Assembly (NCBI GenBank): GCA_000708835.1
Contig: DF237100.1
Coordinates: 108,628 to 172,627, forward strand
Length of the DNA stretch: 64,000 nucleotides
Source of the DNA: Klebsormidium nitens
Lineage: Eukaryota > Plantae > Klebsormidiophyceae
Reading direction: 5' to 3'
The first letter of the stretch is position 1. Each line of letters begins with the position of its first letter. Shown here piece after piece: positions 12,701-24,400 of the stretch. The position numbers and the translations under genes were made by a program. Below the pieces are notes generated by a model. The model worked only from the letters and a program-made list of their open reading frames with translations, was not told the origin of the DNA and did not search any database.

Positions 12701-14066
12701 CGTGCCTGTTTCCCGTCGTTTCATCGTCTTCTCCCGCTTTTCTAGTTTCCTCGGTCGAACTTTGCGCTCCTTGGAAGAGCTCCATAACCTTCGGCGCGTT
12801 CAAAACCTTTGCCTGCGTTTGCATCTGATTCTCCTCACGCAACATTGTGACCTCCGGCTCTCTGGATCGCTCAGGCGCCTGCGTTTCTTCCGGACCAACC
12901 TCCTCGTTCTGTTCGGCCTTCACCCAATTCGACCGTTCTTCAGACCAATTTCCGGTTCTTGAGTTGTTGAGCCCGGTTTTTAACGAATCTGCCCGCCCTG
13001 GTTCTGTAGGGTCAGTCTCGCTTGTTGACATCGGAGCAGAACTACACCGGGCGTCGCGATTCACCAGGGACACAGCCGAGTGGAGCACGACTGACGTCCC
13101 CGGGGCCTTGAACCGGGCAACCGTAAGCTCGCTCTTAGTTTGCATAATAAGAGCAGAAGCGCTCTTCGCCTCTCCACGCACCAGAGCCACCACACTTCTC
13201 TTTGTAGCAACCGGTAACAACAGTCCAACCTCTTGCTGCCGTCCCTCCGGCTTGCTCTGCTTTCCTTCTCCTGACTCTTCCACTGTTCTCGAGTTGGAAG
13301 GAGGCTTGACTGACTCTAAGCGGAGGGTTTTTCCTTTGACGTTTGATCCTGCCCCTCTTGTTGCGGAACTGGACGGGATCTGCAACCGGGCTTCCCTCAG
13401 GTTCTTCTTGTGCTTGACAGACGGGACAGCAGGGGCATGCGTCACCGAATCACGTCGCCCGACCCTTTCTTCATATCCCTTGGCACCCGGGTTCTTGCCT
13501 GGACCTTTCTCCTTTCTGATGTGCCTAATTTCAACTTTTCTAGCGTCTGATTCGACCTCCACCTTTTTCTTTTCAATGTGGTGTCCGCTTCCCGCTCCTG
13601 GTCCCTCTCTGCCTTTAAGACCGCTGCCACGCGCTGTCTCATCCTCATCTCTTCCTTCGCTGACACTTTTCCGTAGCTGCTCGTTCCGTTTCCTTTCTTT
13701 TGATTCCTCATCATCCTCATCTTGCCCTGTTACTCCATTCGTTTCACCCCTCTGCTCACCATCCGTGCGCCTTTCTTCATGCTCCAACTCACCATTCTCT
13801 CCTTTCCGCCTGCCCTTGCTGAGCTCGCGGCGCCTTGCTACTTGCTTTCCACAGTCAAGGTGGCACCTGCCAAGGCCCCATGTCTTTGTTCTTCCATCTG
13901 CTACCGGGCATGCATTGCTGCCCTTTGGAAGGAGGTCAAAGCTCGTACGACTGCGCGGCGTATAGCATGTCTGAAGAGCGATTGAGCAGGACGAAAGCCT
14001 ATTGGCTGAAGGATGACATCCCAAAGGCCCCTCCAGCTTTTGAAAGGCGCATGGGACTGCCGCCAT
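7535..14066 (-). CDS. FtsZ: Divergent plastid-type FtsZ with ~720-aa N-terminal extension (~1082 aa, 9 exons)
   Basis: Exons 14066-11846, 11571-11461, 11002-10855, 10582-10501, 9816-9727, 9450-9373, 8818-8600, 8150-8064 and 7747-7535 total 3249 nt and are in frame. Motifs: IKVIGIGGGGCNAVDRM, FWAINTDAQ, AGLGGGVGTG, TEPFAFEG, DALVVVPNDRLL, GISDII, GLVNVDLADV, GELHMTIILT. Confidence 0.93.
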
Positions 14067-14855
14067 GCTTCCTGTGTGAAGGCGGAGTGATGCAAAACGT
14101 TGGAGCTTCTTCAAGCTTCGAAAAGTGGCAAACTCTTGTAAAAAGATGATTGAATAGAGGCGCAAACTACAGTACTTTGCACTTGGTGAAAATCTACCCG
14201 CTGCTTGTAGACTTCGCTTTCACTCTCGTACGGGCACTCTTTGTAGGAAGAACGAAGCTCGCTTGACAGAGAAGGTAGCCCAAGGTAGCAGCCAAAGATT
14301 GGAGTTGTAGCAATTGTGACGTATGACACGGAAAGCTTTGGAACCGACATTGCTTGCTTCGAGAATCTTGCCGTTTGACATTCGAAGAGGCCAGACGTTT
14401 GAGGCTGCGCAAACGTTCGGTCTGCGCAAACCTTGTACATAACAGCGCTGATGCGCATTTCGCGGCGCGGGCGGTGTCCGACACTGATTTTGGACCGTCC
14501 GGTCGCCGCCAGCTATCGGTCCCCCGGACGTTTCAAACCCCGCTGCAGGGTTTCGCAGATGGAGGCGGCCGCGTCAGAAGCCTGACGCAGACGTCGGTTG
14601 CTGCGACAAATCAAGGGCCGGCCATTGCATCCAACATTGATCATTATGGTGCTTGCCGTCTTCATCACAGGATTTGTAATTGCTAAACAGAGTATTCGAA
14701 ATAATCTGAAGTTCTAGGTGCGCGTAAGCGATTCTGCAGACAAAAGTATCTAAACATTGGCAGGCATTGACTGCAGGGAGGCACGCTGCTGGTCAGCCAG
14801 CTGACAGGGCTCCTCATCCTAAACCGGTGCTTCCGTGCACTAGAGTCCAGAATAC
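14067..14855. promoter_or_regulatory. Short divergent (head-to-head) intergenic region between FtsZ and the 2OG gene
   Basis: About 790 bp between two oppositely oriented start codons, with a GC-rich core at 14450-14600. The 2OG start codon is uncertain. Confidence 0.45.
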
Positions 14856-17800
14856 ATGTACAAACACCTTCTGACAGAGAATCCCAAAGCGTTGATTACG
14901 ATGGAGAGTCTCTCTGCAACCCCATACTGCACAAAGCTGCACTCAACCCTCCAGAGTGTAAATCAATCTGGCAGCTTCTGTATCTCAAACACGCTGAAGT
15001 CCTTCAGCCTTCCAGGGCTGGAGGTGTCTGCACTCGGCCCGATAAGCATGCCGCTTAATCCCTACCAAGCGCAGCAGCTTGCACAAGCGTGCTTCCCCGC
15101 ACCTTTTGGCCGCAGGTGAGAATTAAGTGTCGCGCGCTCAAATTAGCCCTTGACCTCACCAGGTTGCATTTTCTTCCAGTATTTCACGATCCAATCTTTC
15201 AAAGTGATCTGTCTCTTTTGGCGTTTTTCTACATCTGCTGGTTTAAATAGAGATCTTCTTGGAAGACCTCCGATTGCCTGCACTTGAGGTGCCATTAAGA
15301 CGCCTCATTATTGTTGAATTCTCTGTCATGCTTGCTCCAGAAATGGAAGCAGGCTAAAAATTGACCTCAGGTGACGCAGCGACGCAGATTCAACGAACTG
15401 TCTCAACAGTAAGCCGCTTCCTTTCCTTCTGTAACAGGGACGCAACCATCTATGACGACAGTGTCCGCAAATGCCGGCAGCTTTCCCCCCACGAATTCAG
15501 ACTAGCGGGACTGGATTGGGATTCCCAAGTGCGTCAGCTGGCAAATGAAAGGGTCAAGCGGGACCTTGGCCTCCCAGAGACTCTCACAGTGATTCCAAAA
15601 CTCTACAAGTGCCTCTTATATGAGGCTGGCGACTTTTTTACGAGTCATCGTGACACCGAGAGAGAGGAAGGCATGTTTGCGACCCTGGTCATCGCGCTGC
15701 CCTCCGCACACTCTGGAGGTGAGCAGTTGGAATACAAGCCATCCATTACTCCTATCCTCAAAGATCATCTTTATTTTTGTCTTAATTCTGACCTGGCTTT
15801 TGGTAAGTTTGCGTCTGATCACGTTGCAAGCTTCGAATGGTACTTGCAGCATCTCATTCCGGCTGCTCACAGATTACAAGGGGACCAATCTGCTCGACGA
15901 CCTTGATGTGGATTTCGTTTTGCACCTCGAGACAAGCTTCGTACTTCGGACTAGTTTTCGAAGTGAAATGATTCAAGACGCGTGTACTTCTAGGAGAGCT
16001 TGTGGTTCGCCACGCCGGCCAGGAGATTGTCGTCGACTTCGGCAGCAGAGACCTGTACCAGCTGCACTACGCCGCCTTCTTCGCAGACTGTCAGCACGAG
16101 CTGCGGCCAGTCCGCTCGGGTTACCGCCTGGCGCTTGTCTACAACCTCATCGCTCAGGTATGGCCCTTACAGAGTCACTGACATCAGGAACTTCTTTGTT
16201 CGGACGAGATCCGTCCGCACCAATGTAGAAGGTGACGGACTCAGTTTAGCATGTTCACAGAGATTGAAGAAGATCCAGAAATATACCATGAGATCTGCCA
16301 TGATGCAATATTCAGAACGGGAACCTTGACGGCATGAAAGCCCAAACAGAAGTTTAAGAGGTTGCCTGGGTTTCACGAAATTTCTTGACACCCTGAACTT
16401 GGTCTGAACCAACAATTTGACTAAATTCAGTTCAGATTTAATTTCAGATAAACACTCTCCAAAACCGCGACGTCGGAAGCTGATGAGCAATCGGTAAAAG
16501 TGTCGCATACGTCGAACTTTATGAAAGACAGAAGAATCTTCGTGACGTGGATATGATGAAAACCGCCAGCACATTCTAGTTCAGGAAGAAAGTTGAAAAA
16601 TATAAGAGTAATGTATCGGGCGCCTGACTGACAAAGTTAGCGACTACAGCTTTGTCACCTTATTCGTTTCCTTCCGCTCGACCGCATTCCGTTTTGATGT
16701 TTGTGGTGTATGCAGGGATCCACGCGCGTCCCGCAGCCTGCCAACAACACGGAAGCGGCTGGAGAGATCGTGAAGGCCACCAAAGCTTGGAGCCAAGAAG
16801 AGAGAGGCCCTCAGAAGCTGGTCATCCCTTTGGCACACCAGTACTCGAGCAAGAGCCTGACCTTCGACAGCCTCCGGGGAACGGACATGGCCACCATTGA
16901 CGTCATCTTGCAGGCAGCCAAGGTGCGGAAGACTCAATGTTTCTTGGCTTTTGGTGAAATGAAAAGCACTCGCTCTGAGAAAATGGGGTTATTATGTTCA
17001 AACTTGTCGAACTCCATTTAAATCCATTCGGAGAGAGTAAGTTGTTTCCTTTCAGGGCTGTCTGCTCGCACGCATGTACGTTTCCGCCGCTGGCAATAAT
17101 GGTCGACTCAACACGTCCCCCGGTGCTCTGCATGACGTCACGCTTTTTCATAGGTCAAATTCTCGCAAATATAGGAAATTGTCTCGTCGATTGACCTAAT
17201 AATCGGTGTCGGTCTTGTGATTCAGGCCCCGGGTGCACCTCCCTTTCATTGTTACTTGGGAACATTGGAAAAGTACGAGGACGGTTGGAAAGAATCGTAC
17301 CGGAGGGGCGACGTCACGAGTACGTACACGAAGTTGCGCGACCTGGTGGCTGCTGACGAGGCGGGGCACACGTATGACACGCTCACGTTCAGTCGGAGTG
17401 GTGAGGATCGTTCACTCGGGTCTCGTCAATCGGGGCTGAACAGCTTGTGAACACTAGCATCTTGTAGCCTTCAAATTTGGATGGATTCATGTATGTCACG
17501 AAAGATTGATACCTTGAGTGCCGTTAGGTCATGGATTTGACTCTAAGTGATCCACAGAACGTTAAAGAGAGCCTCACTAGGCAGCAATGTGGCTATCTTT
17601 TCTCTACCTTGTCATCCGCAGCAGACCAACGTTTGACCGACTCTTCTACTTGCAGCTTCGGAAATGCATGCTTGACGCGCTCACCCTCATCCTATTGACA
17701 TTCCTGCAGAGCTCGTCCCAGAGGAAGCTCTGGACAACCGGGGCTGGGCAAGAAGGTGAAGACACCGGGAACGAGGGAGTGAAAGAGGAGCGCTGGTACC

Positions 17801-20446
17801 ATCAGGCGGCGGTCATCCTCTGGCTGCACACTAATCACTGGGAGGTGATCAGCGCCGACAACGGAGATCAGGCCGTCATGGTGAGCCAGCGGAACACCTG
17901 ACGGAGCAGGGTCGATCGGAGATGGCAACTCGCTCCCCTATGCATTCATTCCCTCTGCAAATCATTCCAACCTATGAAAGGACATGGTCGTAAAGCTACC
18001 ATACTTTGACGAGCGTCTGTTATAGACTGGCAACAATGAGAAAGGCAGTGTTTCTTTACCACCCTTTCAATTTTGGTATATTCCAGGAGGCGTGCTCAGT
18101 TTCCGACGCGCTGAGAGCTCTTCCGCGCATTCTTGAGGCCGTATGCATGCGCACGGGAACCCTTTCTCCAGGGGAGGCGGGCACCGTCACGGATCTCATC
18201 CTCAAGCACGGCCACGTGTCACTCGAGGACGAGATGTCGCGTGCGCTCGAGGCGCTGTGCAAACGTTCGAACCTGCTTTCAGACGTTCATGCCAGAAAGC
18301 TGGCCAATCTCGTCATTCAACACGGCACTATGGACCATGCAAAGGTGAGCATCCAAGTTTAGCAACGGCCGTCACGTCGTTCTTCTGGTGTTGTCAGCCC
18401 GGCAACGAATAATGGGCACACATTTTAACATTGGGACTCGTGAAGATTACTAAGGACAGCCAAAATGAGATGAAAGCATCAATTGTTGCATCTGCTTGCT
18501 AAAAAGTCACCCGAAACAAACGCTCTGTTGGACTGGATTCTGCATCTGAACCTGCCTTCAGCGGCCAAGTCTTTCTGTAACTGTCTTGCTCTTTCGACCG
18601 CTGAAACTCTGCTTCTCCGTATAACTTTTTCTTGTCCAATAGAAACAGGTTTCTGAATGCCACGACGTGCACTTACAAAATTCTCGTCCCACAAGTAAGC
18701 CTCCAAAACATCAGCAGACGATGCACCAGTTTTACACGAGACACAAACGACGTCCTACGTTCCTTCGCATATCGCAAGCTTCGCCCTAAACGCACTGAAC
18801 AACTTCGAACGCGGCAACAGTTGATCCTCGTTTTGCTGCTGCTTCCAGACGTTTGTCCATCGCTATCGTGGCCCGCACGCGCCCGCCAAGCCCGTCGTGG
18901 CTCTCCTCGGGGCCCACTTCGGCTGGGAACCGCTGCAGCTACAACTGCTCGCCGCTATCAAGCACTCTTTCTCTCCATCCAATCTGGCCCGCGGCTTCTG
19001 GCTCATGCTAGACGTAGGGCCACCTTTTGCAAACCAAGAAGGGTCGGCTGAAGGAGAGCCCCGCTGCGGGGCGGCCGCGGGGGCCAGCTCGACCGGGGGC
19101 AAAGGGCGCCTGGACGGAGCGGCTGCGGCCGCGAGCGAGCGCGCGCGCGTCGAACTGTGCGCGGACGCCGTCGCCTGGTTGACCGCGTTCGTTTGCGCGC
19201 GCCGCCTCGCTGTCGATGACTGGGATAAAGGCGACGATAATCTCCAGTTCGGCCTCAGAGACATAACTGCCACCGGAGCCTATTTAACGGTTCTGGAGCG
19301 GTACGGACCCAACAGCTGGGCACTCTTGACGGAGAGAGTAGCGAAAGAATTGGTTGGCGTCTCCCTGACTATGGCGACGGAGCTGCTGTTCAGGATCGCG
19401 GTCGACAAATGCGGCGGGTGCCCGGGCGCACGCGCAAACGGCGACCTTTTACCTGGGGCCGTGGCTTTCTGCAAGAGCTTTGCGAACGAGGTGGTCGCCG
19501 CGCTTCTGAAAGAACAGGACGCGCCGCCCCCTCCCCCACCCCGCTCGACGCCGTACTATTATGATCCGCTAGACCCCGCGCGTAGCCCTGAGTGGTTCTG
19601 CCAACTGCTCCGGTCACTCCACTGCCTCCAAGTTCCCCTGGAAACCATGCAGTCGTTGTTCGCCCACTTCGTCGCCACGCCTCGGCTTCACGACGTAGAC
19701 ACGACAGTCGTTCCGGCAATCGAGCCGCTTTTTGAGTGGTTAGGAGCCGACCGCGCCAAAGCGACCCCCTGGTTTGTGAAGCTCTGCCTGGCGTGCCTGG
19801 CCGAGCGGAAGAAGGTCTGTGTGGAGCCTCCCGTGCCGCGGAACTGGGCGGTTCCCGCAACGTGCGGGTGCGACTGCGACAATTGCCAGGAGCTACTAAA
19901 ACTCTGCCTCCATCCAGCCCGCACGCGACATACTATGACTGTGCCAGAAGAGATGGAGGCCCATGTACGGGACACTGTGCAAAGGTGAGCCAGACACTTT
20001 GCGGCCTGAGCAGGCTTCACTGCCAAACTCAAGTTTTGATGTATGTCATTGTGTTTAGATGTATGTCAAGGGTATTCGTATATCAACATTTGTTGTTTTC
20101 CGACAGTATTGGATTGGCCTTGATCATTAGAAGCACCTTCTAGAGCTCCTTTGCACGGCGCAGTGCCAGCTATAAAAGTCCAAGCACCCTGGAAAGTGGT
20201 TAAAGCCAAGGGGGTTTGCTCTACAGGTACGCAATCCCCGTCTGGACGGAAGGGCGAAAAGGGCGTACCTATCTCGAGTGGATCCAGGTTGGCTCTACAG
20301 GCTTCTCCGATGAATGGGATGCGACTCAGGCCGTCCGGTTGCAGGAGGCTTACGCGAAGAACGTAGAAAAGCTAGCGCAAACTGAAAAGGTCCTCAACAA
20401 GGTGCTTGGAGAAGATCTGCTTGCCAATTTGAAGGGGAACGTGTGA
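14856..20446 (+). CDS. 2OG-Fe(II) oxygenase-domain protein, long bacterial/fungal-type architecture, 9 exons, apparent frameshift in exon 6
   Basis: Exons ~14856-15116, 15438-15718, 15994-16158, 16716-16922, 17226-17400, 17710-17880, 18087-18344, 18849-19984 and 20228-20446. Motifs: APFGR, HRDTE (HxD), DCQHEL (distal His), GYRLALVYNL, HQY..L.F..L.G.D, TGNEG..ERWYHQAA, and a C-terminal CGCDCDNC. Confidence 0.82.
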
Positions 20447-21487
20447 ACCTAAAAACTACTTCGCGTATACGTTCTCGGATGTTCATTCTGCGAAAGAGCT
20501 AGACATGCCATGCGCACCGTGGCACGTGTTCCGTGCTTGTAGATCTACGTTGTAATATACCATGCATGTACGTATTATCATTTACGAAGTATACGAAGGA
20601 AAAACGTACATGCTCGCCTCTCATTGTCGGAAGACCTGTTTACCAACCCTGGGCCGCAGTTACGTACAATTGAAGTGGATTGACTTTGTAGCCGGCTGTA
20701 TATCCTTATTGAAAGAGGCCCGCACGCGCGAATACAGTGTAGTGCTGCAGCGGCTGCGTTTGCTCGCGACACCAGATTTCCAAGCGGTCAACCGATGTCG
20801 ACGTACGTAGGACGCGCCTAGGCGCACATGTGCATGCTTCATACAATTGCACGATCTGAATCCATCCTCGCACATGTACCTACAATGTGGGGCGGCAAGT
20901 GCCACTGTGCATATATAACCACTAGGGCCCAATTGCATGCATGCTTTCATATAGGACCGTAATTCAGTAATGAAAGCGTGTGGGCGCGAACATACGTGTA
21001 CTCGTCGGAAGATCCTGCTGTACAGCCACATACATTCGGAAAGCTCGACATGTCAGATATGAAAGAGGAGTTTGCGGAAGCATCAGCCTCCAGAACTCAT
21101 ATCATTGTGCATGGCTTTTTGATTGCTTCCCCTTTATTGCATGCAGCAAGAAGGGCCGCTGTCAGGGTACAAGGCACCATACTTTCAAAATTTATAGCGG
21201 GACCATATGCGGCGCGGAGCATGGGAAGATAATCACAGCGCACTTTTGCTTAGCAATCTGACACACACAGAATCCTTCGTTGCAGACATGGAGACAATTA
21301 TCCGCAGCAAGCTTTTGAAGTGGCCCGCTTGAACTACAAAACGCCCTCCAAAAAGGCAGTGCGCGAGCATTGATTTAGTCGTCCCACCCCCCCCATGTCA
21401 CTCCTCGCAGACCTCGGACCCCTTCCCACACCCCGCCCCCAGTTCCTTGACGATAACTCCTTCCCCTTCCCCCGTTGCTCCCCTTAT

Positions 21488-24400
21488 CTACTCGTCCAAC
21501 TCTTTGTTGATCTCCTTGATCAGCTCTTTTCTATATTCCTCGAACGATCCGTCATACCGCGCCACCTTCCCGTGCTCCACTACCCACACCTCGCTCGTCT
21601 CCTCGTCCCCGCACACACGCGAAATGAGCCGCGCGTCGTGGCTCACGAGCACCACTCCCCCACTGAACTCTTCTAGAGCGTCTGCCAAAGCGTCGATGCT
21701 CTGCATGTCCAGATGGTTCGTTGGCTCGTCGAACAACAGTCTGCGGAAGGATCGAGACGGTTAAGCAACCAAAAGGGGAGGCGAACCAGATAGATACAAA
21801 CACTCTGATGAGGAACTTTAGACGCGGGGGCAAGTCAAATAGCAAACTGGCGCAGGCAGAGTTTGGCGGCAAAGGTTTGTGGGCACCAGGAAGGCAAAAG
21901 TCAAACGCAAGGGAACTTAAACCTGGCTGAAACAAACGAGGGAGAAGACGGAGGTAAACAGAGAGAACAAGGACCTCGCAGAGGTGTATGGAGAATAAAG
22001 AAGCCATATCTGCTTCAGAGTACGGGGTGTGTTAAAAGATATAGGGAGGTAGAGTCCAAGAAAACAAGGTAAACGACTGTACTCCTCTACCGCCAGATCG
22101 CAAAGTTACCTTGACTCAAAGCGAAGAGGCTCCTCCAGGCGAAACGACTTTCCCGCCCTTGTTGCTTGCGAACGTGGTTCACCGTTGCCCCTCTTAGACA
22201 AAGTGGGACACAATGAAGAGCACGTTGCCCATCGCTTGGCACTACGGTCACTTAGAAACGGACTCGTCTACTTACATGTGCGGCTGCTTGAGCGATATTG
22301 AGGTGAACACGACGCGCGCCTTCTGGCCGCCCGACAATTTGATGATTGGCGTGAGGTGGTTGTGGCTGGGCAGCCCGAACTTGCCCAGCTTGGCGCGCAT
22401 CGCCTCGCTCTTACTGGGGCCCTCCTGGTCAGGGTACAGCCGCAACAGGTACTGCGCGAAGGAAAAGGAGACGTGAGCTATTGGATAGCCGTTAGGCAGT
22501 TGATTCTCAAATTAGGTATCAATTTCACGGTCAAGGTGGTGTTTGGGATTGGTTTTGAGCACAAAATGAGGTATTGAGCTTCTGCTTACGAGGCGCCGAA
22601 CCGGCTTTCGGGGCCCTCTTAAGCAACCAAACGTCGCGAAATTGCACAAGACAGAAATAACGGGGTATGCAGACCGACGTCGCCGACTTTCGTCTGGAAG
22701 GGGAGGCCGGAAATGCGTCGAGATAGGAGGACTTTATGCACAAAAGCCTTGAATTAAATCCAACGCACGAGCGCAAAGGTATGGGAGGGGAGGTTGGCGC
22801 TTCTGCAAAGCGGCCGATTGCTGCTCCTCTTCACCTGGATAAACAAGCATAAAAAGGCACCAGCAGGGAACCCTCCGCCTGCATGAATCCGAGGACTCAA
22901 TTCAGCACGTTTGCACAGCCCCGCAGCAATACCACCCCAGAGCCCGAAAAGATTCTCACCTTCTGAAGCACCTTTGAACCCAACAGACAAAACTACACAT
23001 ATGAATTCTGGGAGTCTATAATACTTAGGGCCGCTCCCTCACCTGCACGGGGTTCTCGTCCATTGTCAGCAAGTCCACAAAGTGCTGCGAATACCGCCCG
23101 ATGCGCAGCTTCTGACTCCGCCTCGTTTCTCCCTCCGTCGGGTCCAGATCCCCGGCCAGCAGGTTCAGCAGCGTCGACTTCCCCGCCCCGTTGGGCCCAA
23201 TGATCGCCACCCTAGTTCCCATGTCCACCCCCACGTTGACGTCACTCAGCCGGAAGTCCGACCGGTTCGGGTACTCAAAGCTGACGTCAATTATTTGCAG
23301 CAGGGGCGGCGTCAGCAGCGTCGGCTCCGGGAAATGGAACACCACCTCGTAGTCTTTCCACTTCCGGGGGGCTTCCACAGGCGCGTCCTCGTCCCCCCCC
23401 GCCGCGGCGGCGGCCTTGCCTTTACTCTTTTTCTCCCGCTTTTCCTGCGCCATTTTGGCGCGGTCCTTGACCTTATCCTGGCTGGCCTTGCTGCCGCTCG
23501 CTTTGGCGGCCTTAAGCTGCTTGTCGTACTTCTCGTAAAGCTTGTTGTTCTCCGTCCGTTTCTTCTCGTACATGTCGTCGAACGCGTCGAAGTTGCCCCT
23601 GCGGAGAGCCCGCGGGGGAGGCGTCAAGACTCGTGCTTCGAGAAGGCAGTGCTACCAAAAGCACATCGTGTGCTCGGAGAGAAATAGCTAAACTCAAGGG
23701 GTACAGTGCCGAATCTTCAAGGCTTTATCCTACGTTGAACAACTAACACGACCTGATTTTCAAGCCCAGTGGAACAGTAAGTAAGTATCCAGATAATCTT
23801 CACGTCGAAGCAAAGTATCTCCCTAACGAATCAACTATCCAGTCAAGACATGCCAGCGTACCACTCAAGACATTTCCGCCTCTCCAACCTCATGCTGATC
23901 ATCTTTGTTCCCAAAGATGCTGTTTGACCTTTCCTTTAAACCTAGAATAGGGCCCCAGATAGGTTGCGCAAGTGCCCTCAAACGGGAACTCTGGAGAGCA
24001 GGGTTCCAAAACTCTGGCTTTCAGATCTTTTGGGGTTTGCCCCTCACCTGTAGTAGTGCAGCTTGAGATCAAACAGGTGTATAATATCGGTGCAGACGGA
24101 GTTGAGGAAGTCGCGGTCGTGAGACACGACCACGAGCGTCTTCTTCCAGCGCATGAGGTACTCCTCGAGCCACAGCACGGCGCGCAGGTCCAAGTGATTA
24201 GTAGGCTCGTCCAGGAGAAGCAGCGTGGGCTGGATGAAGAGCGCGCGCGCGAGGGAGATGCGCATGCGCCACCCGCCGCTGAAGGACTTGGTGGCTCGGC
24301 CCTGCGATTTTGGGGGAAGAAGAATGTTTGTCAGACGGCGTGGGGTCAAACCTGGAAAGGAAGCGACCATCAGGTTGGATAGTGGTGGCGAGCGTGAATT

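Noticed and set aside
12847-13965. 372-aa + strand ORF
   Set aside because: Antisense shadow of the E/K-rich FtsZ exon 1 (S/F/L-rich), with no domain.
19390-19860. 156-aa minus ORF, and similar antisense ORFs over ABCF4, RSRC2 and the kinases
   Set aside because: Shadows of GC-rich exons on the other strand.
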